NCBI RefSeq assembly: GCF_000315625.1
Contig: NW_005434543.1
Span: 1-46,431 of the forward strand
From: Guillardia theta CCMP2712
Taxonomy: Eukaryota; Protista; Cryptophyta
Length of the DNA: 46,431 nt
Direction of reading: 5' to 3'
Shown: in pieces, positions 22,785-35,050 of the stretch
How the letters are laid out: each line of letters begins with the position of its first letter
Numbering within the stretch: position 1 is the first letter of the stretch
Program-made: the position numbers and the translations under genes
The notes under the pieces: model-generated
What the model saw: the letters and a program-made list of their open reading frames with translations, nothing else
The model's database searches: none
Told to the model about the DNA's origin: nothing

Positions 22785-25700
22785 TGCTCTAACTCCATCC
22801 TTGTGGTTCCCCTCCTCGTAGGAGATTCCGTCAGCAAAGAGGACGACGACCTGGAACAAGATGAATGTTGCACGCGCAGTTCAACACTGACGAGCACCAG
22901 GTGGAAGAGAACGAAGATGACGAGAAGGAGGAAGGGGAAGAAGAACTATCATGCAAGTATCGTTATCATCCCCCCTCCTTCTTCCTCTACCATCCTCTCT
23001 CCTTCCTTCCCCCTCCTTCCTCCTCCTTCCTCGTTCTCCTCCTTTTCCTCCCTCCCTCCCTCCCTCTTCTCACTCACAAAGACAGCAGCGACCGCATCTT
23101 CGTTTGCAAGCTTCCAATAGCTTTCATTTCCCAGCATGAAGTCTATCATCGCAACCAGGCCGGTATGAAAGCTCGACAACTCTCTGTATCATCGCATTCA
23201 AAACAACCATAACAACAAACTCATCATCATCATCATCATCACCATCACCACCACCACCATCATCACCATCATCATCACCATCATCATCATCATCATCATC
23301 ACCACCACCACCGCCATCATCAACCCCATCACTTTTTCTAGTTAGCTCACAAACCTTAGCTGAGTCGCAAACATGCAGAACGCCGTCATCATGAATCCCA
23401 GCAGCACGACGGCGAGCACGAGCACGAACTGAAGGAGCAGCAGCCGGCACCGCTGTATCGTGTCCACGACTCTTCGCTCTGGAAACATCAGCTCGACCAG
23501 CCCCAGCACCTTCCCAGCTGCCTGCAGCAAGCTGAGAAAGCCGAGGTGCGAGGACAACACTAGAGTGACCAGCAGGAGGTTGAAGGAGGTCAGAGTGAAG
23601 TAGAGGTCGAGCCTGTCTCGTACTGACCCCACATAAGGCAGCCCTCCTGTCTTGTCCACAAGCGCATCTCCTGTTTGCAAAGCCATCATGCTCCCTCTCC
23701 TCCCGTCCGAGCTCCTTCTCTCCCCTGCCCTCCTGTCCTGTCCTGTCCTGTCCTGTCCTGTCCTGTCCTGTCCTGTCCTGTCCTGTCCTGTCCTGTCCTG
23801 TCCTGTCCTGTCTTGTCCTGTCCTCCTCCTCCTCCTCCTCCTCCTCCTCCTCCTCACCCTTCACTGTCAGAGAGTCCCAGAAAGGATGGTAGACTATCGA
23901 CACCCATAGTCCGATGGAGACAGAAAGGAAGCAGACGAGGAGGAGGTCGACCCCGACGTCCCTCAGCTCGTAGCCCTACCAGCAGCTCAGCAGCAGCAGG
24001 AGCACGAGAGGAGCGAGCCTGATGGTTGATACATCCCACTATGCGCAGGATGAGCTGAAGAACAAGGTACAGGAATCCGAGAGCTGCAAACGATTCCACG
24101 ATCTGAAAGACAAGGTAAAGNNNNNNNNNNNNNNNNNNNNNNNNNNNNNNNNNNNNNNNNNNNNNNNNNNNNNNNNNNNNNNNNNNNNNNNNNNNNNNNN
24201 NNNNNNNNNNNNNNNNNNNNCACCGTCGCCCTCACACTCCTAATCCTCACCCTACGCCTAGATCCCGAGCATCGCAAGAAAATCGTTTAATATTCACCTG
24301 AGTCCGCAGCTGAGCCCGTCACCGACGATGAAGTAGAGGAGCAGGACGCTGTGCCGCAGTGATCTCAGTACAACAGCACTATCAGCACGATCTTTAGTCG
24401 GTGAGCGACGCGTGGGGCCGTGCTCGATGAGCCCCAGCAGCAGAATCAGAAGAAGAAGATCTTGATGTAGTCTCCTTGCAGCCCCTGGAAGCTCTGGGAG
24501 GACTTCTATATAGGCGGATGAGGAGGAGGAGAGAGAGAGAGAGAGAGAGAGAGAGGAGGAGGAGGAGGAGGAGGAGGAGGAGGAGGTTGTAGAGAGATAT
24601 ATGAGACTTGTTACCTGTCGAATGATATCATCATAGCTCCAATGATAGCCAACCTTTGTCACAAACACATCCAGGTGCGGCAGAATTTCTCCAGTGTTCT
24701 TGAAGACAAATTTCTGCCGATGAGAGTGAGGAGAGGAGAAACAATTGAGAAGAAAATGATACGAAGTTAACAGAGGCGAGAAGGTTCAAGTTGGAGTTGT
24801 AGGTGATCAGATCTGCCTGAAACCAAGACGTCGCCTCGCTCAACCACAAGTCCATCTGTAAGCTGAGACAAGCAGCGTCATGTAAGGTTGAAGAGGAGCT
24901 GAGGGATAGAAGTGGAGGAGAAGGCAATGAAGGGAGAAGAGAGGGAGGGAAGGAGGGAGGGAAAGAGGAGGGAAGGGGAGGGAAGGGGAGGGAAGGGGAG
25001 GAGAGAGGGAAGGGGAGGACGGAGTGAGGTCGTTTCATCTCACTCTTGTAGCTGTTTGAGAGCCTGACTCTGGACGAGAGGGAGCTCTTGAAAGAAGCCC
25101 TCATAGTAACTACCATCGTAGTATCGCTGATGTATCAACCCATGTCAAGACAAGACCCTCTCTCCTCTCCTCCCTCACTCTTCTCTCATACTCGTAGGCG
25201 GTTCGTGATGTTGCTCCCACAAACCTGAACTTGCGATCACTTGTGATGTTTCCTGCCTCCAACTCTCACCTCGCTTGACTGATGGCACCCTGAAGACCGT
25301 CGGAGCTTGTGTACCCGAAGCATGACCTTGCAGCTGCGATGAGAAGAAGGAAAGCGGAGGAGGAGGAGGAGAACGAGGAGGAGGAGATGGGTAAGGAGAT
25401 GCTGGAGGAAGACGAGGAGAGGGACGACGAGGAGGAGGAGGAGGGAGGAGGAGGAGGAGACATCATACCCATCGAATAGAAGGTAGTCATTACTACTGAG
25501 GCACTTGTCTCTTGTAGCATTCAGAGCTCTTCTCTGTACCTTCACCGGGCTCAAACTTTCATTCTCCTTCCTCCATGTGAACATACCAGCCGAATGCCCT
25601 TGGTTACTCTATTCGTCTGCAGGCGAATCTCAGCTCTCCTCCTCCTCCCCNNNNNNNNNNNNNNNNNNNNNNNNNNNNNNNNNNNNNNNNNNNNNNNNNN

Positions 25701-26700
25701 NNNNNNNNNNNNNNNNNNNNNNNNNNNNNNNNNNNNNNNNNNNNNNNNNNTCTCCGTCGGTCTCCTTGTCACTCTCCCTCCCCCTCCCCTCCCCCTCTTC
25801 CTCCTCCTTTTGATACCGTCAACACATTGGTGGAGGCTGACTGAGACGTCTGAGCAACAAGCGGCGCCATGACGTAGAACATCCACTGCCAAAGGTGAGG
25901 AGAAGAACAAAACAGCCAGCCCTTTACCATCCAGACATCTCGCTGCATGCAAGTTAGAGGAGGGAGGGAGGGAGGGAGGGAGGGAGGGAGGGAGGGAGGG
26001 AGGGAGGGAGGGAGGGAGGGAGGGAGGGGAGGGGTACCAGGGTTGTGATGTCTCGATACGATTTGAGGTCGAAGGTGTAAGGGTCCTGGAAGCTGCAGTA
26101 GGAGAGGAGAAGAAGAGGAGGAGGAGGAGGAGAAGGATCATGTTAGGGGTTGACGGCAGAGGAGGGTCAGGTCACGTGGGCGCGAGGAAGCTCGATCTCA
26201 GGGCGTTGGATACCTCCACGACTCCTCCAGCTGAAGACTGCAGGTAGACGGCAGCTGGACAGAGACTGTCAGCAGGGGCAGCAGGTGGGGAGTGCTGACC
26301 GAGGTAGAAGCAGAGGAAGAGGAGGAAGATGAAACCGTCTCGCATCTGACATGCTCGTCGGTACTTGCCGTGAAGCACCTCGTGCACCCTGTACTTCCCT
26401 TCAGCCTCCTCCTACATCCGAGTAGCAGGGAACCGCTTGACGTCCACGACTCGCTCGTCCTCCTCGCTCCTCCCTGCCGCCTCCTCATGCTTGTCGCCTT
26501 GTAAGTCCCTGTTGCTAGTGATGAGCGTTGAGCTGAAACGTCAGGTGAGATCTTGCCGATGCCAAGAAAAGCGCAGGTCGTCCACGAAGCACAACTCGTC
26601 TTGTAGCTTCGTGTCTTCCTCGACACTCATCGGCCTTGAAGCTTCTTCTCCTTGCCAGTAAAGTCTGCATAGCACTTAGAAGCGACATGATGAAGAGGAT
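21842..26700 (-). CDS. Polycystin-2/TRPP-like cation channel; 5' end uncertain, spans two gaps
   Basis: Spliced exons give S1 (RDGFIFLLFLCFYLAAVYLQ...SNALRSSFL) and TOP-domain motifs (DVWMWMFYVMAPL, NRVTKGIRLVQRR, LWLSEATSWFQADLITYNSNLNLLASV, resembling WIDRGTRAxFIDFxVYNANxNLFC). Also S4-S5 (LLLQFVLVLAVVLLGFMMTAFCMF), pore helix/filter (SSFHTGLVAMIDFMLGNESY) and a C-terminal coiled coil ending DKMDRLLSKVELH*. Confidence 0.75.
22200..22338. repeat. (GAGCAG)n intronic microsatellite
   Basis: Hexamer array; the same unit recurs at ~15508-15540, 21335-21395, 38808-38880 and 41953-41992. Confidence 0.95.
23731..23853. repeat. (TCCTG)n followed by (TCC)n intronic microsatellite
   Basis: Directly visible compound array in an intron of the polycystin-like gene. 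Confidence 0.95.
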
Positions 26701-27486
26701 GAAGAGGATAGGGAGAGGAGAAGACAAGTTGTACTATCATCACAACAGGCATGAAAGAAACACATCGACATCTAATCTTTGTCATCTTGCACTTCAGTCT
26801 TCTTCCTTGCATTCCATTGCTTCTCCGCGTTCTCCTCTTCCTCACTCCTCCCTTCTCTCATCCCGCTGTCTGCTCCCTCCTCGGTTCTGTCTCGTACCTC
26901 CTACCTCCTCCTGACGTTGCGAATTCACTTTAGGGCCGGAGCAACTCCGAGAGCGAAAATGCTGGAGGGGAGAGGGAAGGGGAGGAGAGGGGGAGGGAGA
27001 GAGCGGGGGCAAGATGAGCAAGGGAGGGGAGATGACAGCAAGGAGGGGGGGGGGGGCGAGAGAAGCGGGGCAGGGCATGGGGACTGGACCTGGGAGGAGA
27101 CCAGCGGTTATCGAGGGAGAGGGTCAGCATGGAGGTAGCAGGTTGGAAGTAGTAGGCGAGGGAGTGGAGAGACAAGGAAGGATGGGCGAGGAGAGAAGGG
27201 AAGCAGTCGATGTGAAGGATGAGCTGGTTGATTTCAACTGAAGTGCGGTGGTTGAGGAAGGAGGAAGGAGGAAGGTGGAGATGGAGGTGGACATGGTAGT
27301 GATTGAGGAGGATGGGTGGGTGGGTGGGGAGGAGGAGAAGGGAGTTCAAGCAGGAAGGATCAAACTTAAGGATGAAAACTTCAGCTTCAATGAGGAACGA
27401 GAGGAAGACAGTGTCGTCTGCACTTGTGTGTTATACTTGTCTTTCTTTCTCGCCGTTGCGTTCGCATCTACTTGTTTCTCATCACC

Positions 27487-30070
27487 TCACAAACCAAAGT
27501 TGGCCTGGTAGTACTGTACGAGGCGTCAGAAAGAAGAAGATAAGAGGAGGGACGGAGCGGGCGAGGAGGGAGGGGAGACTAAGATAGGGAGGAGAGAAAA
27601 CGAAGACCAAGAGGGAGGGAAGGTGGAAGAGCAGAGCAGAGCAGAGCAGAGCAGAGCAGAGCAGAGCAGAGCAGAGCAGAGCAGACATGACTAGAGCAAG
27701 GAGGAGGAGGACTCGAACCTGCTGGGCAACGACTTGATAACCATCGACGATGGTGGAGGGGCCGAGGGAGGTCTGCTGGGGCTGAGCTTGAATGTTGCTC
27801 CTTTCGTTGACGATCATGAGAGGGTTCGGCGCCTGTCGACAGTTTCAGCTGAGAGACAAGGAGTGGGGGAGAGGAGGACGAAGAGGGGGAGGGGAGAGGA
27901 GGGGGGAGACATAAGAAGACTAGAGGAGGAATAAAGGTGAAGATCAGGCAACGAAGGACGTGGTGGATGAGGACGAGAACGGGGGAGGGGAAGAGAGGGG
28001 AGGAGGGAGGAGACTGTTCACCTGGAGGACATTCTGGTTGACGGAGATTCCGTCAAGGTACTGCTTGAGGATGCTGCGGAGGTCCCCGTTCTCCTGCAGG
28101 AGCCTCTCCTTCTCCCTTCGGATCGCCTCCTTGTCCAGCAGCACCATGTTGTACTTGCGCAGGAAGTTGTCAAGCATGTTCCACTTCTCTACCGTCTGCC
28201 CGCTCTGCGACCTGCAGTAGCTGCTGAGGGCTGCTGCCTCCTCCTGGAGTCCAGCAGGAGGATCGTTGAGCGAGAGCTCGTCCTCCTCGGTCAACTTCAG
28301 GCTCGGGTAGAAGGGAACCACCTTCTCCCTCTCTGTCTCCAGCTTGCGGTTCAGCTCTGCCGTGTTCAGGATCCGCTCAGCCTGCACGCATGTCAGAGGT
28401 GATGATGGTTGTGGTGAAGCAGCAGAACAAAGAACGAAGAACAAGAGCAGCAACAGCAGGAAGTGTACAGAACGAAAGGAAGGAAGGAAAGAAGAGAGGG
28501 GAGGGAGGGAGGTAAGGAGGGACGGAAGGAGGGACGGAAGGGAGGAGGAGGACCAAGAGGAGGAGGTAAAGTTTTCTGCCCTCACCAGGGCGATGTTGCT
28601 CGACAGAGTTTTGTCGCAGTCGTTGCACTCGACGCTCAGCTGCTTCAAGATCGTCGCCTGCTCCTCCCTCATTCTGTTCATCGCCAACTTGGTCCGGTTG
28701 AAGTGCTCCTGCAGACTCTCCTTTTCCTTCTTCAGCAAGCTGTTACGCTTCACGCTCTCCTCTGTGTTTGACGCGATCTTCGCTCGCCACAGAGCGAGGT
28801 TGTCCTGCGTGAAACCTTCAGCAGGTCCCCAGCAGCAGGTAGTCAGCAAGTCAAGAGAGGAGCACCTGTAGACGCAGCAGCCTCTTCATCTGAGTGTCGA
28901 TCGTCATGGCTGCCTTGCGATCTCTCTCAGTGTACTCCTTGAACTTCTGCACCTGAGCGGGAGTCAGGCAACAACTCTGCTCCTCCACACTCTCTTGCCT
29001 TGTCCTTGGTGTTTGCACTGTAGCTGTCTGCCGCTGCGAGGAAATGCTTCTCGAGGTCTTCGATCTGTGAACAAACAGACGCAGCATGTGAGCAGGAGAG
29101 GTCAGCAAGGCAAGAGAGTCTCTCACTTGTCCCTCAAGCGTCAACCTCAGCACGTTGAGCTCCTCCATGTTCTTGTTCTTGATCTCCTACAACCCTCGTC
29201 AGCTCTTCTTGCCTCCCCCTCGCTCGACTCATCATCGTCTCCCACGGACCTCGCAGTGGCTCTCGAACTCTTGGTGCTGCTCCTCCTCCAGCATCTGGAA
29301 CTGCTCCTCTTGGAGGTCAAGGATGTCGCTGAACTCCTTGGTCCTCCTGTTGTGACCCTCAAGAGTTTCACGTCGCTCCTTGGAAAAGTCGTTGATCATT
29401 CTTTGCAGCTCCGACTCAAATTCCATCCTGCTTGCCGTCAGCACGACAGCAAGTCGACGATCTTCCTGCCATACCTCAGATCTGACATCTTGGCATCGAA
29501 GAGATTGATCATGGTATCCAGGTTGTGCAGATGGCTTCTTAGAGCTGTCTGGTACTGCTCCTCCGCTTCATCAAGGTCTCTGTCCAGCATCTGCCAGCAC
29601 CGTTGAGCTCAGCAGAGTTAACCGGACCGGCGGCTCATCACCTGGATGATCGCATCCTTCATGTCAACCTCCCTCTCATGGTTCTGCGACATGATCTCTA
29701 GCTCGTGCCGCAGCTGCTCTACTTTGGCAACTCTCATGATTTTCCTCCACTGATGTTGAATCTTGGCCATGTTCAGCCTGACTCAACAGTGTCACCTACT
29801 GCAGGGGAGGAAGCATGCGTGCTGCTCTGCTCACTTGCTGAATTCAGCTTCTTCATTCAGCCTCGTCTCAAGTGTATGCCGCATCTTGTCCGTCCTAAAC
29901 TTCGCCTCCTCTGCCGCCTGCATCAAAAGTTTCAGACGAGTGGATGGGCGCTTGATGTAGAATGTGTGAGAATGTGAAGAGACCTTGAGAGCTTCCATCT
30001 CCAATCTCATCTGACGCTCCTCGGGGGTCTCTTGAATTTTTCTTTTTCCTGCTCCCTTCTTCTTGGGCAT
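27487..30070 (-). CDS. DRC2: Dynein regulatory complex subunit 2 (DRC2/CCDC65/FAP250)
   Basis: Spliced protein contains [87 protein letters not shown] and [18 protein letters not shown]...[19 protein letters not shown]...NPLMIVN. All are hallmark DRC2/CCDC65 segments. Confidence 0.92.
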
Positions 30071-30329
30071 CCTCTATACCCTTTTCTCACTTGTCACAGG
30101 CTTGTCTTTTCTCGGTTCTTACTTACTGTGTCTTGCCTTGCCTTGCCTTGCCTTGCCTTGAGTCTTGGCGAGTCTTGTCTTGTCTTGTCTTGTCTTGCCT
30201 TGTCTTGTCTTGCCTTGTGTCGAGTGTTTGTCCCACTTCAAGTCTCAATCACTGGGGAAGCTGATCAGCATAGCGTTTTTTTGACATCCGTTGAAGCGCA
30301 GGCTTCCACCCCCACCCCCCCTATCACTT

Positions 30330-30870
30330 AGCGGACCGTTGACCGGACGGTACCTCCACCACCCGGGCCGCCGGCCCGGGGCGGTAATCACTCAGTCAAA
30401 GTTGCCACGCCGGCCGGACGGTGAACCACACAAGTTGCCCGGGTCGGATGGGCCGGGCCTGCCGGCATGGTAGTTTGGCGGAGTGCGCGACTTCACTTTC
30501 TAGTAAATCATCATGATTGCAAGCCTCCTCTCAGCACTCGCCCCCCCCCCCGGTGAGGCCGGCGAGGGGGGCCCGGGAGCTCAGGCCCGGGCTTGATGAT
30601 CGGATGAATTGTCCTCATACTGAGACCCCCGGTGTGACCGTGAAGCTTACTGATGACCGTCTGTCCGGGAGGCTACCGTACCCGGCGGCCCGCGGGCCGG
30701 GTCCGGCTCCGCCGGCCCAGTGACTCGGACGCCGGGCGGCCGCGCGGCGCGCGCGGACGGTCCGCCGATCATCGGCGACTCGAACTGTCCGATCCGATCA
30801 CTACCGTACCGTACGATCTTTTCCGACAGAGACTGGTCAAGTTGCCGCGAGGCACTGCCGCTGCCGGAGT
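30330..30870. promoter_or_regulatory. CCGG/GACT-rich intergenic island 3
   Basis: Same vocabulary (CCCGGG, CAGTGACTCGG, CCGATCCGATC). Abuts the stop codon at 30871. Confidence 0.55.
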
Positions 30871-31950
30871 TCATTTGGCTTTTATGAAGAAACTATCTAG
30901 AGTTCGAGTCGCCTTTTCCCCACGATTGATCTGTAGACACGTTAGGAATTTTCACTTACTTCCGCCGCCGCAGATCATGACATGTCTACCTGAAAGCATA
31001 GGAAAGCATCCGACTCGCTTTCTTGGTAAGTTACTTCGAAGCTGATACTGCCCTCCTGCAGGTAAACGTCACATTGAGAGACACTGATTGGCAGCTTCTG
31101 ATTCTACCTTGAGTCCTCGCACACATGTCTTGCCCACCATCTTCGTGAGCTCCTCCACGCTTTCAATTCTCACTGTGTGCCTCCCACCCTCAATGACATG
31201 CTTTCCATACCCATGAGTGCCCGGCCCGCCGAACACAGCGGTAAATTGCTGTATTGTACATGCCGCAGCACCAGCACATGACGACTGACGAGAAGCTTCT
31301 TCAACGGCCTTCCGTAGCGCCGCCTTTCCCTCTTTCAAGGTTTCTCGTGAAAGGGATAGAAAGCTATCGAAGTCCTTTGAATTGGCATATGAAAAGGCGT
31401 TCGCAGAGCTTGCAACCAGCTCTCTATGCTGGTCGTGTGGTTGGCTCTGAGATCTTGTCGAAGAATTCTTTTTAGCCTTCTTCTGGCTCTCCTTTTCCTC
31501 CTTGTATTTTCGGATCCAGTCTTCGAAAATGGCGATCGCATCCCGCATTCCCTGTGTTTGGTGAGGATGGTGCTTGGCACGGTGCAGCATGGTATTGATG
31601 GTCCATATTCGTTTGTTGGGAGGTCTGTCCTCAACCAGTCTAGTTGTCCTCAAGGCGGCTTCTGCATTGGCGAAGCCGGTACCCTTCTGGGTGGTCCCGG
31701 GATTATCGTCACTGTAAAGATGCCCTACCTCTGCTTCCCCCCCCTTCTTCACTATCGTCTTGCCCACCATCCTTGTCGCTGACATGGACAATGTCGACGA
31801 GGTCACAGCTGATGACGCCATAGCTGCTGTCGCTCGCGCCACCATGCTTCTGTGCGCGGGGGCATGTTCCATCATCCCTGGGCTTTGTGCCCTCATCTCC
31901 CCGACTACCCTCATCCCCACCCTTACTCTCATCCCAGCCCTCATCCCCAC
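30871..31950 (-). CDS. Uncharacterised protein with 'LYSDDNPxTTxKGTGF...TINTMxHRAKHHPH' domain and C-terminal PIP-box-like motif
   Basis: A long ORF plus two short 3' exons (EGSISFEVTYQESESDAFLCFQ|INRGEKATRTLDSFFIKAK*) joined by GT-AG introns. The true start is probably an internal Met (~31785-31875), since the ORF 5' end overlaps C-rich repeats. Confidence 0.75.
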
Positions 31951-32726
31951 ACATTGCCCACATCCGGACCCACATCCGGACCCACATCCCCACTCAGCAC
32001 TCCTGAGCCCTCATCCCCAAACACCTAATCTCTCTTTTTTTCTGTGTCAACTTTTTACAACCACTATTTTTCCTTTTACGTATTACTCTAATACCTTGGA
32101 ACAGGTTTAGCTGGGCGATTGGGGGTACTTCAGTGTCAAAACAAAGGGTAGTCGACGAACAGGGGTGGGGGGTTGACAGGGGACCAAAAAACTCTTAACA
32201 TAATCCAGTACCCCTCATTATGACAGAGAAACAGTGGGTGATATAGTAGGGGGTATCTAAAACATTTTAAATAGTAATGTAAGCATAGCTCTTTTGGACA
32301 TTGGTGACGTGCTACACCTCATCCCCGCGCATTCCATCCCAAAGGAGACCGAGGCGGGCCTGATATCCCCTAGCGGTCTTGATCTAACCCCACCGTGCGC
32401 GATGTTCTACCCGGCATCATTATTATATGACGCGACTGGCCAACGACAACAAGGTTTGCTGTGATCAACATCTTGTCGATCAGGGAAGCAGACAAGACTG
32501 GCTAGTTATATCAGACTAACAAAATGCTGTGTGCAAGCGTCTTACATGCATTTCAATTTCACACGATTTGTTTTGACTATGTGAAGTCAACCTGATTCTG
32601 GTCCCTTCACACGGTAACACATTTCAAAAGCTGAATCAATTCACTTGAGGTTAATCAAAGATTTTAATATCGTTTCAAAGCCAAAGAAAAGAATTGTACA
32701 ATGCTAAACAACACAGGATTGCTCTT

Positions 32727-33578
32727 TCACCGGAGCTCAGCTTTAACGCATCGGATTTTGGACAAACTGAAGCCATGCCGCTTGAGGAAGCGATGGCACC
32801 ATCTTCTATTCGGATTGAATTTCTCAATGTTGAGCTCCTTGGCTGTCGACAGCGCAAACTCGCAGAGCTTGCTGATGCAATGCGCATCATTCTTTTCCAA
32901 TGACTTCACGAATTCGTGCACGCGGCCTTCAAGCTCTGGATGATGGATCGCAGAGCAGCGCTTCATGTTCGAGGTCACACCAGCTTCAGCCAACTTCTTC
33001 AAGCGCTTGATGTTTTCAGGCTGTAGCAGTTTGGATATCGCGGAGGTGCTCTTCCCGAAGACAGTTGATACGTGCGCTTGTGTACAGGCATACTTCTGGT
33101 AGTACTCGATGATCTCGAGCTTCTTCGCCAGCGTCAATTTGGTGTGCGACGTATTCGATATCATGCTTGAGCGATTGCGAGGCAGAGCTTTCAAACATGT
33201 TCCGATCGGGAGATCTTCTTCCTCCGCCGAGTTCGAAGACGTGGATTCCGAGGGCTCGCTGTGGTCCGAAGCAGGTGAAAGATAGTAGGTATCCTCGGTC
33301 ATGACAGTCTCGTCGGCAGTTTGAATGTCGCTGATGGCCCGCATGAACCACTCCGCTTCGGACTCTTGCTGACTCAGACTGTTCTTGCATACGGGTCGAG
33401 AGCCATGTTCCGAGTGGGATCCCCAGTTGGCCATCAGGAGAAGGTTCCCGCGGTTCTCTTGGTCGAAACGAGGGTGGATGGAGGGATAGGCTGACATGTT
33501 GGGCTGAAACGAAGCCATCGAGAAGGTGGGGGACGGGGAGGACGGTGGAGAGAAGGAGGAGGAGTAGCTCGAATGCAT
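32727..33578 (-). CDS. CENP-B/pogo-type double helix-turn-helix DNA-binding protein without DDE catalytic domain
   Basis: KLTLAKKLEIIEYY...TQAHVSTVFGKSTSAISKLL (psq/CENP-B N-type HTH) is followed by HPELEGRV...ALSTAKELNIEKFNPNRRWCHRFLKRHGF (CENPB/Tc5-type HTH), then a stop. The N-terminus is S/E-rich and the gene is intronless. Confidence 0.85.
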   Translation of the reverse strand: MHSSYSSSFSPPSSPSPTFSMASFQPNMSAYPSIHPRFDQENRGNLLLMANWGSHSEHGSRPVCKNSLSQQESEAEWFMRAISDIQTADETVMTEDTYYLSPASDHSEPSESTSSNSAEEEDLPIGTCLKALPRNRSSMISNTSHTKLTLAKKLEIIEYYQKYACTQAHVSTVFGKSTSAISKLLQPENIKRLKKLAEAGVTSNMKRCSAIHHPELEGRVHEFVKSLEKNDAHCISKLCEFALSTAKELNIEKFNPNRRWCHRFLKRHGFSLSKIRCVKAELR

Positions 33579-34844
33579 GTGGATCGAGAGACCGCAGGCG
33601 AGTTTCGGGAGGACAGGCACCGAAAGGCTTATTATTCTGGGGGAGGGAGGCGGAGATGGGGTGGGTGGAATAACCCTACCTACCAGCTACCACACAGTCC
33701 GATTTAGATCCCGTGAATATACAGGGGGTTCATAATGATCGAAAACAGATGTCGAAAGAGGGGGGCAAGTGTAGCTCAATTCTCAATTGGATCTCAATGA
33801 ATGACCTCAATGCCAATACCTCCTGTACGAATAGATGACCTTCCCATTAGAATTGGACAAGAATTGCTTATGTAGGGTGGGTACAGGACCACTACCCCCT
33901 TATGAATAAAAGCATGGGGTTGTTATGATTTGAATGGGGTATAGATACCCCCAGCAAGCCCTCCTGCGTCTCTAAAATCTTCATTTAAATATTAAAACTT
34001 AATAAGTTGAGGAGTACTGGACCCTACCACTCCGAATTGACAGGTTCCCGCCTAAACACCGGTACTTTTATCGACAAATCATCGGGTAGTGGAATGGACC
34101 TACCCCCTAATTGACTTGAAAACGAAGAATTGAAATACCCAATCGCTTCGCACGAATCGTTCCTTGTGCTAAAATAACATGTAATCTCAAAAAGCATACA
34201 TTTAGTCGGAATATTACTTTTAAGAATAAAAGGATTTAGAAAAAACCTTTTATTCTTAAAAGATTATCCAGTTGTGTCATCCTATCCCCCATGATCGAGG
34301 TCTGAGGATTCGTATGCCCAAGGGGTCAGAGGATGGCCTTTTGAACTTAGGAACCGACATATGAAATCAAGTGACTGTCATGGCATGCGTCCTGTACTGA
34401 TGGTTCCCATGTGACCAACAATCAGGTCACGTATGCCCGGGCACGGGATATAGTTGGAATGTGTGAGAGTGTAATGCGAAAACTCAAGCACAAAAATTCA
34501 AGATTTTTACAAATATTTCAAATATTGTTACATTTCATAAAGAACAAACTTTCAACTTTGGCTTGCGAAGATTATACACTTGCACCCACCAAGTTTCGAC
34601 TTCACATGACCCACTACCCCCCCTTTGAACCCTAGCAACCTCTTCAGGTTGACAGTGAACCCCTGATGCTAAAACATTGACATCACATAGGAAAAAATAA
34701 AGGAGAGGGGGTAGGGATGAGGGTGTCAGAAGAGAGGGGTGGAGGAACCTACAGGGTCATAGACCCCTCGCGTGCCAGACTTTCATGCCATTACGGCAGT
34801 CAATGGGGCCTGCCCCTAAAAGCTTTCCTTGTTTACTACCCCCT

Positions 34845-35050
34845 GTTTACAACAGACAACCCATCCACTCCTACCCTCATAAATCCAGGATCCTACCCCC
34901 ACCTTATCCCAAACTTTACAACATTCATTACCATTTACAACAGGAAGATTACAACAGTATTTACTATGTACAACAGAAGATTACAACATAGTTTACAACC
35001 AAAATTCTGTAAATTACAACATTAATTACGACAGCAACTATTACAACACA
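34845..35050 (+). repeat. Degenerate TTACAAC motif cluster
   Basis: About 8 copies of (T/A)TTACAAC at irregular spacing, all on the + strand, with a second weaker cluster at ~35555-35790. Confidence 0.75.

Noticed and set aside
32727-33620. Active pogo/Tc1-mariner transposon
   Set aside because: There is no DDE domain after the HTH modules and I found no terminal inverted repeats.
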